From: Selaginella moellendorffii
Taxonomy: Eukaryota; Plantae; Lycopodiophyta
Length of the DNA: 64,000 bases
Direction: 5' to 3'
Assembly: GCF_000143415.4 (NCBI RefSeq)
Contig: NW_003314276.1
Location: forward strand, 1,402,696 to 1,466,695
Position numbers and translations under genes: made by a program. The first letter of the stretch is position 1. Each line of letters begins with the position of its first letter. Shown here piece by piece: positions 1-14,149 of this stretch. The notes beneath the pieces were generated by a model. It searched no databases. It saw only the letters and a list, made by a program, of their open reading frames with translations, and was not told the DNA's origin.

Positions 1-206
1 ATCTCGGACTCTGTCTCGACTCGGGTCTCAAACTCGGTCTCCGATTTGGCCTCGGGCTTGATCCTGGACTCTATCTCATACTCGGTCTCAGAGTCGGTCT
101 TGGACTCGATCTTCGACTCGGTCCCATCTGATGAACTCTTTGTCATTTCGGTCATGCTTTCAGGGATCCTTTAACCTACGACATCTCGGGGAGTCGGTTC
201 CTTACA
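1..206 (-). mobile_element. Partial LTR (5' end) of the same family as the 31056-50976 chromovirus, reverse orientation
   Basis: Reverse complement of TGTAAGGAACCGACTCCCCGAGATGTCGTAGG... and of the GAGTCC/GAGACC repeats that open the LTR at 31056. Ends ...GGTTCCTTACA at 206. Confidence 0.85.
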
Positions 207-759
207 CTCTAGGGTTTGCTACATAGAAATCCAGTAGTCGAGTGTGCCATAGAAAATCTAGATGCAGCAAGTATGATGATAAAGCACCACACTTAGATTA
301 GGAACAAAGTCATGACTCATCTACATCTACAGAGACAACTCTAATGCTTATACAAATCTCTCCGAGCATTGGGAAAGTGATGAGAACTAGGCCAATGATA
401 GATGCCAAAGTTGTGAAAGAAATTCCATAACTTAGGTCACAAAGTTTGACATACAAACCATTGGTTATAGACATAGCTAATGAGGTGAGTTTAGGCCAAG
501 AAGATCAAGGCCAAGAAACTTAATGGGATGAAGAGGATGAGGTTAGAAAAGAGGGTTTAGGTGAACCAAAGGAGTATAGGCTTAGTCTTCTCCAGTCCAC
601 CTACACATTTGACTGTGATACACCCTCAGTCAATCAATCTAGCGAGATGAGCTAGCCACAACAGCAATAGAAGCTGCAACAACACTACAAAGTCAAGGCT
701 AGCCACACCTTTGCTCACAAGATTGTGAATTAGCCAAGCAAACTAGCAGTCTAATATAA

Positions 760-1110
760 GAGATTAAATTTTCCATACTTTAGTCACTTAACTACACCTC
801 CGACCACTTGGAGGAGTCTCACTCACAACCTCCATAAATCTTATTCTGGACTTAGGGACTTGCTAACCCTGAGAATGATATCCACGCCACTCAACCTTTG
901 CACGTGGTTTAAATGCTCCACATGTCTAATCCCATGACCGACACCCAAAGGTACCACTGATGTATCAGCCCGTTATCCTAAGGCCATGCTCATTCACTTT
1001 TGTCACATTGGTGATCCAACACCACCTAGTCCCGTTTCTCAAAGACTAGGCCATCCATCCATGAGTGATCATCTTAGATCCACTCTTTAACATCCTTAAG
1101 ATGCCCACAA
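760..1110 (-). repeat. Fragment of family-C LTR (3' part), reverse orientation
   Basis: Reverse complement of the 4330-4708 / 57590-57934 LTR ends (TTTAGTCACTTAAC..CCACTTGG..). Confidence 0.65.
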
Positions 1111-1249
1111 ACATAGAGAACAACCTTCTACAGGCACCGTTCTACAGGCACCTTCTATAGGCATTGTTCTACAGGCACCATTCATTTTTCTACAGGCACC
1201 ATTCCATTTCACTATAACTCGCCAAGCTAAAAAAAGAATATAGCCTTAC

Positions 1250-2360
1250 TCTATCATAGGGGAGCACTTATATAAATTAGGCATTGATGAAACACTAAGA
1301 AGATGTGTTAATAGACAAAAAGAAAAAAATGAAATTTTAAGAGAAATTTACTTAAGCCTATCAAAAGGCCATTTTCCAAATGAAATCACTATTAGAAAAG
1401 TTTTACAAGTAAAACTATAGTAGCCTATATTTTGGAAAGATACAATAATGTTTTGAAAAAATTGTGACATTTACTAAAGGCATAAACTACTGCTTAAAAA
1501 GAAAATCCATGAACTAAATCCAACTTATCTATATGAAGCATTTCATAAATGGGGATTAGATTTTATGGGATTTATAGTAATAAGTAGTAAGAGGAACAAA
1601 TACATTTTAGTTGCTATTAATTATATGATTATATAAGCAAAAGCTATACCTATGAAATAGGCCTCATCTGCTAATACTACCAAATTCCTTTATGAAAATA
1701 TCATTGTAAAATTTGGTTTAGATAAGGAGATTGTTACAAATAGAGGCACCCATTTCATCAATGAAACAATAGAAATTCTTATATAAGAATTTATCCTTAA
1801 GAAAAAAATTCTATACCAAGGAATGGTCAGACTGAATCTACTAATAAAGTGTTTAAAAATATCTTGAAAAAAATTGTAAAGGATAATAAAAAAGACTAGG
1901 ATAAAAAAATTCTAGATGCTTTGTGAGCTTATAGTATTGCATATAAAGTATCCACAGACATGACACAATTTTGTTTTACCTATGGCCAGAAAGCTTTAAT
2001 GCTTATGGAATTTATAATTTCCTTTTCGCATATTGCAAAAAAAAAGCTCTTAAGCAAAGATTTGCTAAAATAGAAAACTTAAAAAAATTAAAACTTAGAA
2101 TAATTTAGACCCTACATGTAATTCAAAAAGCCAGAAAATCTAGGCATGACAGACAATTGAAAATCTCTTGCGAATTTAAGTTAAGAGATAAGGTTCTTTG
2201 GTATCAAAATAAAATAGATGCTCTTGGAAATAAATTCAAGAAAAGATGGGAATGGTCCATTTGTTTTGTTTAAGATATTAGCCCTAAGAATGGCTAAAAT
2301 AAACACCTTAAATAGGGATAATATTGCAATAGAAAATTTTAACCGTTTAAGAAAGTACCA
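1250..2360 (+). pseudogene. Degenerate Ty3/Gypsy (Athila/Tat-like) integrase
   Basis: Stop-ridden motifs FHKWGLDFMG, KYILVAINY, NGQTESTNK, DAL*AYSIAYK and GPF (GPY/F module). Confidence 0.7.
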
Positions 2361-2768
2361 TGAAGATATAAGCATAAATATTATCTACATTTTAGAGTAC
2401 AAAACTATGGATAAACTCATGGATGAAGCTCTTAAACTTTGTAAGATCATAGGAAATGCAAGCAATATAAGACTTAGAGGAAAAGAAAAGAAGGGGTAGA
2501 TATTCTAAAAGCAACATCTACATTATTTTTGCCCCATTCTATAATCTCTACCATCAAACCACAAGAATTAATAAGTAGAGATTACTAGGTCGACAAAGAA
2601 AGAAATTCTTCTATAATACATTTGCATACAAAAGCAAACAAAGGCAAAACGATAAAGCTTAGGGCTAACACATTAAGTCAAGGTGACCTAAGTAAATTGG
2701 AGGCAACTAGAGAGTTCCTTTTTCTCTCTTGCTCTTTCCCTTTTACTCACTCTATACTTATACCTACG

Positions 2769-4708
2769 TGTGAGACAAAATCCCTAAGCCCCAAAGTGGA
2801 GGTGAAAAGGTGCCATATGATGGTGGTCAAATTGGAAGTCTAACAAGTGTAACATGTTTGGACCAAAAAATTTGACTTTGAAAGTTAAGAGCAAGAGTGG
2901 AACTCTAAACAAAATGCTTAAGGAATGAGTATGAAGTAATTAATGAATGAATCTTTAAGAAGGGACTCAAGAAGGACTGACACATGGCAAATATCATAAC
3001 ACATAGAAATGTTAGGAATGAGTCCGAGAAGGAGTCTAAGATGGATCTGAAAAGGAGTTTAAGATGGACCAAGATGGAGTCCAAGATTGAGTCCAAGAAA
3101 GAGTCTAAGATAGAATTTGAGATGGAGTCTAAATAAGAGTTCAAGATGGAGTTTGAGGAGGAGTTCGATATGGAATCCAAGGAAGAATCCAAGATGGAGT
3201 CCGAGAAGGAGTTCGAGATGGAGTCTGAGAAGGAGTCTGAGATGGACCCAAGATGGAGTTTGAGATGGACTTGAGATGGAGTTCCCGATGGAGTTTGAGA
3301 TAGACCCAAGATGGATCTAAGATGGATTCAGAGATGGACCTGAGATGGAGTCTGAGATGGAGTCCGAGAAGAAGTTACGAGATAGAGTCTGAGAAAGAGT
3401 CCGAGAAAGAGTCAAAGATGGAGTCCGAGAAGAAGTCCAAGATGGACCCAAGAAGGAGTAAAAAATGGAGTCCAAGGAAGAGTTTGAGAGGGAGTCCAAG
3501 AAGGAGTCTGAGATGGACCCGAGATGGAGTTCGAGATGGAGTCCGAGATAGACCCGAGATGGACCTGAGATGGAGTTTGAGATGGAGTCCAAGATGGACC
3601 CGAGATAGATCCAAGATGGAGTTCAAGATGGACACAAGATGATGTCCGAGATGGACCTGAGATGGACCTGNNNNNNNNNNNNNNNNNNNNNNNNNNNNNN
3701 NNNNNNNNNNNNNNNNNNNNNNNNNNNNNNNNNNNNNNNNNNNNNNNNNNNNNNNNNNNNNNNNNNNNNNACTGGCAAAGGAGCACCTGCCTCCAGAGCC
3801 AGTTTAGCCAGGAAAAGCTAGTATGACCAAGGAAGGCTATATCTATGTTGTAAGTGATGATATAACCATTGAGAAGTTCAAGGCTAAAGTGAATATAGAT
3901 GGATAAGTGGGGTAATTTGGTGAAGTGTTCAAGAGCCGACTCTAGCACCCCTAGAAGATTGAATGGTTAATGCTCTCAATCCAAATTGGGGTGGCATTAC
4001 CTATGTGGATACCAAGCGTGGTTCATTGAAACCTTGCTCTAGCCACATAGCTAGGGCATATAAGGGTGGAAGGTGGGAAGAGTACCCATGAGACTTATAT
4101 AGGGCCACAGTGTTTTGAAATGTCATCTCAAAGTACCAGACTGTGAAAAGGAAGAGGAGCAATCCTTTAGTGTAATAACCAAAGATATGATCTCATGGTG
4201 AGGAATTCCTAAAGGTCAATGGGACTTAGTGATCAGGCCTTTGGGCTTTGACCCTGTGGCAGTATTGGTGAGCGCAACTGTGGATAAAGAGGGACTTGTT
4301 GGGGATTGAAGCAGGGACATTAGAGAAAGTTGTTCCCCATGTCTCCAAGCATTCTAAGGGTGCTAAGGTGTGGTCAAGGGATGACCATTCATGGATGGAT
4401 GGCTCAATTTTTAAGAGACAAGACTATGATGTAAGTGGTCTTAGACCATTGATGTGATAAAGGTAAATGGGCATGGCCTTAGCATAACGGGCTAATATGT
4501 TAATGGTACCTTTGGGTGTTGGTCATGGGATTGAACACATAGAGCACTTGGACCAAGTGTAAAGGCTAAGTGCTATAGTTGCCATTCACAGGGCTAGCAT
4601 GTCCCCAAGTCAGGAATAAAACTTATGGAGTTCGTGAGTAAGACTTTTCCAAGTGGTCAAATGTGTGGTTAAGTGGCTAAAGTAAAATAGAAAATTTATT
4701 CACTTACA
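2769..4708 (+). mobile_element. Solo LTR, family C (TG...CA, GAGTCC/GAGATG repeat array inside, spans gap)
   Basis: Starts TGTGAGACAAAATCCCTAAGCCCC and ends AAAATTTATTCACTTACA. Left flank CTACG. The right flank is CTATG once the 4710-11933 insertion is removed. Confidence 0.7.
3671..3770. other. Assembly gap (100 N)
   Basis: N run. Confidence 1.
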
Positions 4709-4709
4709 C

Positions 4710-7700
4710 TATTGCAAATGTCACTTTGGATATCGAAAGATACTTGTTAGCCAATCCTTATAGACACTCTTTCTTTATTGCCATGACGGCAAGAGGTCAA
4801 TACTGTTGGATCCCTTTGGTAGTCCCTCTTGTGCTAGTGGAGTTAACTGGGCATTTTGAGTGTATTTAGACCAGACGAGCATAAGGACAGAATTCTTACA
4901 TGCTATTAACTAAGCATACTTAGCCCAGTAAAGAGTTCCTGCCTCGTTATGTCTTGCACTGGTTAGTGACAAAAACCCTCGCATATTAAAACTAGTCCCT
5001 CAATATCGTTGGATGCTACCTTACTGTGTCTGCTAAACACCCTCGCTATCATGCCTTTTGTATTAGTCTTATTTTTATCCTAAATGCTAATTATAGAAAG
5101 TGTTTAGATTTTCTCATTTGGCATATCTACAGAATGTAGCAATTGTCCTGAACACAATGGTGCTCGTCCCGTGTCCAAATTTGCAATCTAGGGACATTCC
5201 ATATTTAGTAAGTTTCAAGCTTATTCCAAAGACTAATCCTGGTACTAAGGGAGGTTTGGGGTGAAAGCCCAAAGTGTGTGTTCCTCAAGGGAAGAAAGGG
5301 GGGGGGGGGGGGTTATAAGGGGTTCTAATTGTATAATTGTATAGTAGGGATAGTGGTTGGAATGCATGTCCGACCACCTGAGATATTAGTTTAGCTCCTG
5401 CTGAGCTGTGTCACTCTTTGTTCTATGTCTGGCTTATGTCTAAGCCCAAGCTCCATGCTACTCTAGTCGGTGAGGTACTCTCCTCCTCGCGTTAGGCCAC
5501 CAGTTGCCAAAATTGTGCCAGACACCGCTTGACACTATTTTGCATGCAAGTGTTAGATACGAGGAGCTGGTGCTCATGGAAATGCACCAGACCCTCATTT
5601 CATAGAGTAATGGGCTTGAAGTTTGGCTCCAAATTTAGGTGCACTACATTTGGTATCAAAGGAATTGTCTCAGTGATTCCTATCCAACTTTTGTCAACTT
5701 TTCTTACTCAAGTTGCATATGTAGAGACTCTTGTAGTAGATCCAAAACAACTTGTGTAGGATTAGTTGGATTGCACAATTCAGTAAGAATATTGTATGCA
5801 TGTTCAGTTACTAATAGAGGCATGCATGCAACTAGCGGGATGGTGATAAGGAATCGTGCTGATGACGCTAAAATGGCTAGACAAGCGAATTGAGAGGAGG
5901 AAACTCCTGCTAGAGATGCTGCAGAAGAGGTTGAGGTTGAGTCAGAAGAGGAAGAGCCAAATGCTGCGGCACTGCAGCATATGGCTCAGGAAATTGAGAT
6001 AAAAAATTTGCGAAGGGATCGCAAATTGAAGAATGAGAACAAGAAGAGGAAAGAAAGAAGCTAAGGCAGCTAAATCAGCTAAACCTAAGCAACTAAACTC
6101 CTTTTCAAGTTTTAAGGATGATGAAGTTTTACAACTGCCCTTGATTGCATGAGTTTCAAAGTTCAAGCCTTTGAAACCACCCAATTTTAAAGGCATGTGG
6201 GACTATCAGGTTTTGGAAGATTAGGTCTACAATATGGAAAACTATTTCATAATAGCAGATGTAGATGATTATACAAAATTTGCATGCGCACAATCCTTTC
6301 TCACTGATCATGCCAAAACTTGGTGGTGCCAGGTGTGTGCTGAAAAAGGGCAGACTAGAAGTTGGACCAAGATGCAATCTCATATCTATAAAGAATACTT
6401 GCTAGATGATCTTGGTCTGAGTCTTTGCATGGAGCTACGGCAGTTAAAGCAGCAAGGGGACCTCATATATTACATTAATGCATTTGCTTAGAAGCACATT
6501 ATGATTGCAAATATGAGTGACGAAGATGCTTGAAGTTATTTCTTGGAAGGTTTAAGTTCACTATCTCGCAATGAGATTTTGAAGTTTAAGCCAAAGATAT
6601 ATCTGGAGTGTAAGGAGGCAACACAGCAAGTTGCCTTTAGTCACTCGCTCATGGAACAATACTAGTAGTCATATGCTGATACCTTGGATAAGAATAAGAA
6701 TTCTAGGAATAAACAAGGTCACCGAAAACAGAGGGTGGAAGGAAGGTTCCACCCTAAAGGCTCACAAGCAACGGTTAACAAAGGTGGTGGTGGTTGGAGA
6801 CCACCAACAGCTTCTTTTAGTCCTAGGCCCTTTGTTCCTCCTCTTGGTGGGTACAAGCAACAACAACCTGAAAAATCTACTCCTAGTAGAATAGGTAGTG
6901 TGGGTCATTGCTTCTATTGTGGAGAGTCAAGATATAGGTCCCAAAATGTCCCAACAAGCATAAAACAAGATCTCGTATTAATGCATGAGGGAAGACGGTG
7001 GTGGTGAAGCTAAAGGGGTTGATGAGTTGGTCAATGCAGATTATGAGGAAGAGGAGGTGAGTTACTTTCGTTGCTTTCCTCAAGTTTTTCTCACAGTCAA
7101 TGCAAACATTGATCTATTGATGTATTTGGTAGGCTTTGTTTGCAGACACTGAATCCAAGTGATGATTGATATAGGAGCTATGCACAGCGTGATATCCGAA
7201 GACTTAGTTAAGTTGTTAAGATTGAATGCTAAGCAAATGTCACCCATACACTTCCAGTTTACAGAAGGTGGGCAAGTAGTTAGAAAATTTGTGAGTGATG
7301 TTCCAACAAAAATATCCAAGTGGAAAGAAAAAGTGGACTTGGTAGTGTTGAAGATACCAAATTTTCATATGGTGTTTGGTATGGATTTCTTCAATAAATA
7401 TATTAAAGGGATTTATGGTGCTGGACAAAGTTGTATCATGTTGAAGTCAGAAGAACGTCCCGATATATCCTTCCAGTTGCAAAAGCACTCCTTAAAGGAT
7501 TGGGATGTTAAATTCCTAAGTGTGAGAGCCACTCAAAAAGCAGCTAAGAAAGGATGTTAGACCTTTTGGGTTCAAGTGATGGAAGTTGAGGGTGTTGGTG
7601 ACTCAGTTTGAATTGGTGATGGGTTGATCCTGTACCAAAGAAGATATTGGAGTTGTTGGCACAGAATTAGGATATCTTCCTGAAGGATTTGCTACCAAGG

Positions 7701-10700
7701 CTACCTTTTAGCTATGAGGTTGAACATTCGATTGAAGTTATTCTAGGTTTTAAACCACTTACAAAAGCTCTTTATCGTTTGAACATCAAGGAGATGGCTA
7801 AACTCAAGAAGCAACTCACGGAACTTCTTGACAAAAGTCATATCCGACGAAGCAAGTCACCTTATGGAGCATCAGTCCTTTTTGTTATGAAAAAGGATAG
7901 AACCATGAGGATGTGTATCGACTATCGGGCACTTAACAAGATTATGGTCAAAAATAGTTATCCTTTACCTTGTATTGATGACTTGTTTGACCAACTCTTA
8001 AAGACTAAGTATTTTATATGACTTGATTTACTGTTCGGGTATCATCAGATACGGGTGGCGGATCAGGATGTGGAGAAGACAGCCTTTAAGACTTGGTATT
8101 TATCTTATGAGTTCCTTATCATGCCATTTGGGTTATGCAATGCTCTAGCAATGTTCAGCACTATGATGGATAGAATATTTAGAGATTATTTGGACATATT
8201 TGTTCTCCTATATATCGATGATGTTCTAGTCTTCTATGAAACATTGAAGGATCATTTGAAACACTTGGAGCTGGTGTTTCAAAAGTTGCGCGAACACAAA
8301 CTATATGCTAAGGAAAGTAAATGCGCTTTCGGACAATTATGTGTAAACTTTCTCAGACATATAGTTGGTGGTGGTGTAATTAAGGTAAATCCAAAGAAGG
8401 TGGAAGTGGTGAAGTCCTAGGAAGTCCTAACCATTATATCAGATATTCGTTCCTTTCTCGGTTTAGTGGGATACTATCGCAAGTTTGTCTACAATTTTGC
8501 AAAAATTGCTCTTCTATTGACTAAGTTGAGGAAGAGGAGTATACCGTTTCATTGGACACCAGTTTGTCAGTGTGCTTTTGTATTATTGAAGGAGATCTTG
8601 ACTACGGCTCCTATTCTAAGGATCCCAGATCTTGATAAACCCATCGAAGTGCATTGTGATACATCTGGCTATGCTATTAGTGCCATATTGCAACAAGATT
8701 GTGACAAAGAGGTTGGTGTTACACTAAGGTGACATGGTTGTCTTGTTGTATTCTATTCCAAGAAATTGGATGAAACCTAACAAAGATGGCCAACACACAA
8801 AAAAGAGATGTTCACTATAGTGTCAGCACTAGAACACTGGAGATATTACTTGGGTGGACACACCAAGGTTTATATAAATAGTAACATATTGAGCTACTTT
8901 GCTATGCAGCTTAAGCTTATGCCGAAGCATGCTCGTTGGCAAGAGAAGATTGCTAGATATGATATTAAAATCATATATAAACTTGGTAAAGATAATATTG
9001 TTCCGGATGTATTGAGTCGTTAGGCTCAATTCTGGGCAATATCAGCAATCAATTCAAACTGGTTAGAGGATGTTCAAACTTCATATGGAAGTGATCCATT
9101 AGCAAAGGCAATCTTACGCTATGCAGAGTTGTCGAATCAGAACCCTGGTAACAAAGCAGCGAAAGTTACTAGCCGCACCAATGCAAAGCTTCACTTCTTA
9201 GTTCGGGATGGGCTTATATTATATAAGCAAGAAAGATTGTATCTTCCCTCTAAGGATTTGTAGCTGTTGTTTCTACGGGAACATCATGATGTTTCGGTAG
9301 CGGGACATGGTGGAAAATGAAAGACACTAGCTTCGTTTAAAAAGAGATTTTTTGGTTTGGTATGGAAGGTGATGTAGCGAATTATATTTGTTCCTACCCT
9401 ATATGCCAGCAATGTAAGAGTAGAGCTGAGAAGCAAGCTGGAAAGCTATAGTACATTCTAGCATCAACATGGCCATTTCAAAGTGTGACATTTGATTTTG
9501 TCACTTGCTTGCCAAAGTCTAAGGGTTATAATACTCTGATGGTGGTTGTGGATCGGTTGTTGAAGATTGCACAACTGTGGAAATAGTGAATGTGAAGCAA
9601 GCAGCAAAGCTCTTTTTCCATGAAGTAGTGTGGGTTTGTGGTCTTCCCGAAGAGATGATCTCAGATTGAGATTTGAGATTTACAGGGAAGTTTTGGGGCA
9701 CACTATTCCAGTTGTTTGATACCAAATTGAAGTTTAATATGGCTTATCATCCTCAAATTGATGGGTAGACTGAACGTATGAATCCTCAAGTTGAGGATTA
9801 TTTGCGGTACTATGTCATGGCAGGCCAACGTGATTGGGTTGAGCATTTGGATATAACAGAAATCTATTATAACAACACATTTCACAACACTATTGATTGT
9901 TCTCCATGGGAGATGCTGCAAGGAAATGCTCGTGGAGTGCCTCAACAAATTGTTGTACTGAAACTAATATCCGAAGTTTTGGTCTCGGCCGTTGAGACTT
10001 ATATGGAGTAGCTACGCCAAGGTTTGTCTAGAGCTACTAAGGCGATAGGCAAAGCTCAAGATAGGTATCGACATGATAAGGATTAGTATCGTCGGGATGT
10101 ATTCTATCAAGTAGGAGATCATGTGTGGCTATCTTCTCGAAGCTTGAACATTAAGGGATCTTTATTTCAGAAATTGTTATCGAGATATATTGGACCCTAT
10201 CAGGTGTTGAAACAAATTGGTGATATATCCTATCGGTTGGATCTTCTTGCGGAGATGTCCAATATTCATAATGTATTTCATGCCAATCTATTGGCTCTTT
10301 ACACTATGGATGTTGTGTGATATGGGGAGATTTGTCCGCCACTAGATGTTGTGGATGGTGAACTAGAATACGAAGTTAAAACTATCTTGGATTCCCGATT
10401 TCGGAGACGGGCTTGTGCGAAGGAATATCTAGTTAAGTGGAAAGGTTACCTGACTTGTGAATCAACTTGGGAACCTCTTAGGAATCTTACACATGCTCAT
10501 GAGCTTGTCATGGAGTATGAGAATAGTAATAAATAATAGCTTTTGTAAATTTTGTATTAAATCTTGCAAATCAATAAAGAAATACATTTCTATAAATCAA
10601 AGTTTCATTTCTCTCGTTCATTAGTACTTGGTTCAATTTTGGCAGGCTAACTTCGGCACTTCGGTGCATGCATCCAATCCATAACCATAGGGATAACTAT

Positions 10701-11928
10701 TATATACTAATCATAAATCTTTGCCTCTCTCTTGGTGACTCATTTTTGAAAAGGGGCATAAACAACTTAATCTGCCAATTTATAATAGTTGTCTAAATCT
10801 ACCTGATGGGGTTGATTTCTTGCTCAGAGGAAGTTGAGCTTCTAACCTTCTCCCTATGTCCCTACGGGCAGGGATGTATCATTCCTTTGTAAGCTAAGTG
10901 GTACTCAGAGCAATAAGAGTGGCTAACTCCGTTAGTCATTTCCTTGTCAACGACAGCTGGAGGGTGTCTGAGCCTTAACATCTTTGGATGTAGAGGAAGG
11001 TTGTTCCATAACTCATTTAAGTCAGTGTGTTTCCCATATAGTGTGCTTTTTGTTAGCTTTCAGAGTTGTTTCCTTGACGGTTTGCTAGACTCAGGTATGC
11101 ATTGATGAGGACGATGATCTTCCCCAAAGGGGGGAGAGTGTCACGAATGTGACTTTGGGTATCAAAAGATACTTGTCAGCCAATCCTTACAAACACTCTT
11201 TCCTTACTACTATGACAGCAAGAGGTCAGTACTATTGGATCCCTTTGGTAATCCCTCTTGTGCTAGTAGAGTTAACTGGGCATTTCAAGTGTACTTAGAC
11301 CGGACAAACATAAGGATAGAATTCTCACGTGCTATTAACTAAGCATACTTAGCCCAGTAAGGAGTTCCCGTCTTGTTATGTCTTGCACTAGTTAGTGACA
11401 AAAACCCTTGCATATTAAAACTAGTCCCTCAATATCGTTGGATGATAGCTTACTGTGTCTACAAGACACCCTTGCTATCATGCCCTTTGTGTTAGTCTCA
11501 TTTTGGTCCTAAATATTAATTATGAAAAGTGTCTAGATTTGCTCATTTGGCATATTTACAAAATATAGTAATTATCCTGAATACAATGGTGTTTGTCCCA
11601 TGTCCAAATACACAATCCAGGGATATTTCATATTTAGTGGAATGCATGTCTGACCACCTAAGACATTAATTTGGCTCCCGCTGGGTTATGTGCTCCTTGT
11701 TCTACATTTGGCTTGGGTCTAAGCCCAAGCTCGACACTACTCTAATCGGTGGGGTACCCTCCTCCTTACGTTAGGCCACTGGTATACCAAAATTATACTA
11801 GACACCATCTGACACCATTTTACGTGCAAGTGTTGAATATGGGGAGCTGGTGCTTGTGGGATTGTACCGGACCCTTGTTTTGTAGCATAACAGGCTTAGA
11901 GTTCGGTTTCAAATTCAGGTGTGCTACA
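4710..11928 (+). mobile_element. Older full-length Ty3/Gypsy chromovirus (family B), degenerate
   Basis: 5' LTR 4710-5648, PBS TGGTATCA (Met-i) at 5651, PPT AAAGGGGGGAGAG before the 3' LTR 11139-11928, TSD TACAC/TATAC. The 3' LTR lacks ~150 bp. Confidence 0.9.
5863..10536 (+). pseudogene. gag-pol pseudogene (Gag, zinc knuckle, protease, RT, RNase H, integrase, chromodomain)
   Basis: Motifs [35 protein letters not shown]-like, HPQIDG*TER, RYIGPY, EYLVKWKGY...TWEP. Many stops and frameshifts. Confidence 0.9.
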
Positions 11929-14149
11929 TATACTATGCCTCTACCAAGATGTGCTGACACTCCAAGTTTAGCTTTAAAACAATATATAGTTGATTCTTGA
12001 ACTTTTATTACACTTATATTTAAACTTTGGGCCCAATACTTCAGTGCAGAGATAGCAATGATGTTATATTTGGTTTGTATGAGCTTCTTCCACACATGAA
12101 AGGTAGCTTGATTGATTTTGAGAAAAAAAAAATTCACAACTTATAAAGAATGTATATATTCTAGTACTATGGTGGATATGGTTGCAAAAACTTCTCTACA
12201 TAGAAAAAGGTCAAAATTTACACTTTTAGGTTGTAATATTATAAATATCTTTACTTTTACATAATTAATTTTGTATTTTATATAGCTACATCTACAATAT
12301 TGATTAAATTGTTACGTGTTGTATATAGCAACACTTGGTTTGCTTAATAGGGTGTTATTCTTACATATTAATCCAATTGATCAAATAAAGTTTATAATTA
12401 TAAGCATGTTTGCAATTTATAAATACAACCATTAAAAAAGAATATACTAGAAAGGGTTAAGACAGTTTATAATTTATAAACATGTTTATAAATTATAAAT
12501 ACAAGATTAATCTAAATGAATACCAACCACTAGATAGTTAAATGTCCTAGAATATCCATGCATATTTTAGGTATATGCACTACTATCCTAGTCCTTTTAC
12601 AGGTTTGCTTAAGCAAACCAAAAACTTAAAATGAACTTATCCAAAATGTTAAAGTGATTATTTTTTACTAATTACTTCATCTGTACAAAGTGATCTACAG
12701 ATAAATTATCTGATTATATTTAACATTAGTTATCTTTTATATTAAGCGCAAAATTGCAATATTATATTTAACCTTTATATTTAAAATAATTAATTAAAAT
12801 TTTAGAAAACAAATAACTCCTTGCATATGGTACTTTCTTTAATATTAAATTATTTGTGTTTTATCAAACTCAATACAAAAGATATACATTATAGTGGATG
12901 TTAATGGTATGGTTGTGGCTAATGCTAATATTCTTCACTAAGTACAAAATGTTATATTTGATGTATTAGAGCAAATATGTAATGTATATCATGACTTCCA
13001 AAACAACAACAAATATTCTACATTTATTCAAATTATGGAAAAAAAAGTTTGGGGTGTTTTGAGTTTTGATGAAGAAACTACATTGAATTGATAATATGAA
13101 AATTTATATATTTCAATGCCAAATTGGGTTTAGCATCAGCACTAATGAATTTGCAATTTATCATTGTTTCTATCTTTTACATTTTAAAGTGCACTTGTCA
13201 CAATAGGTTAACAGTTTACTAAAGTTCAAATAACAACTTGGTATTATTAATAAAGTTTGATTATTTTGTGAAAATGGAACAATTTATTAAAAATACAAAA
13301 ACAAATCTTCACACTATTGTGTTGTTTTGTCTTCTTAAAATCATTGTGAAAACTCACTTGATGCAACATTGCAATTGTGCTGTATTTTTTGACACTAAGG
13401 GTTTTGAATTACATTGTGCTGGAAACTGAATTGTTGAGCTTGCAAAATCTACTAGATTGCTCAAGGCCTGCACATCTACAGCTTGGCATGAAGTTTCATT
13501 CCTCAAGAATGATGGCACTTAGGTGGTGCATTAAAAAACACTCATTGACTATATGCAATGAGACTGGACCAGACTGGATGGTTCTAGTTTTCTAAGGACC
13601 TGTCTAGAGAGTATAACACCAAGCTCAACCTATGTTGTGGACATCTCGCAGTTTACATGAAAAACTATGTTTTTCAATGGCTCACTTTCATCTTTCCAGT
13701 GATTCTCTCATAATGAGGATTCTTTGTCTAAAACAAGTATGAGTTAATGTTTAAAGAAATTTATATCATTCTAGAGCGTATTGAAGGCATTCTTTCCCTG
13801 TGGCTGCCACTGTGTCTGCCACTCACCATTGAAGACATTGCACTGTTGCGGGTGGTGGTGATCATCATTGCTGTCCAGGAGGATGATTGTCTCTTCTTGG
13901 TGATCTCATCACACTTTCAACCCTATTGCAATGCTCCACCATGTTGTTGAGGCCTAGCATGTAACTCCACCCGAAAGATCCCTACCATCTGAGTGTCACC
14001 CCAGGTGAGAGAAGCCATTGATGGACTTCGATTCCTATTGGTAAATGTAGTGTTAATGGTGGTGGTACATTTGAGATATATCTTTTCCATCTCTTCTCAA
14101 TTCAGAGTGGATCACTGATTTTGCAGGAGTAGTTTCTATTGTGTAGTGG

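Noticed and set aside
2905-3948. Overlapping Ser/Asp/Arg-rich ORFs (also 31107-31537, 49871-50185, 50972-51391, 52648-53344)
   Set aside because: Artefacts of GAGTCC/GAGATG hexamer arrays inside LTRs that are open in several frames on both strands.
8700-8735. 36-bp insert in RNase H of the older chromovirus as another intron
   Set aside because: No splice sites that restore the QDG junction; probably a small insertion remnant.
13230-14100. Short ORFs upstream of the repeat array as a host gene
   Set aside because: No recognisable motifs or consistent exon chain could be supported.
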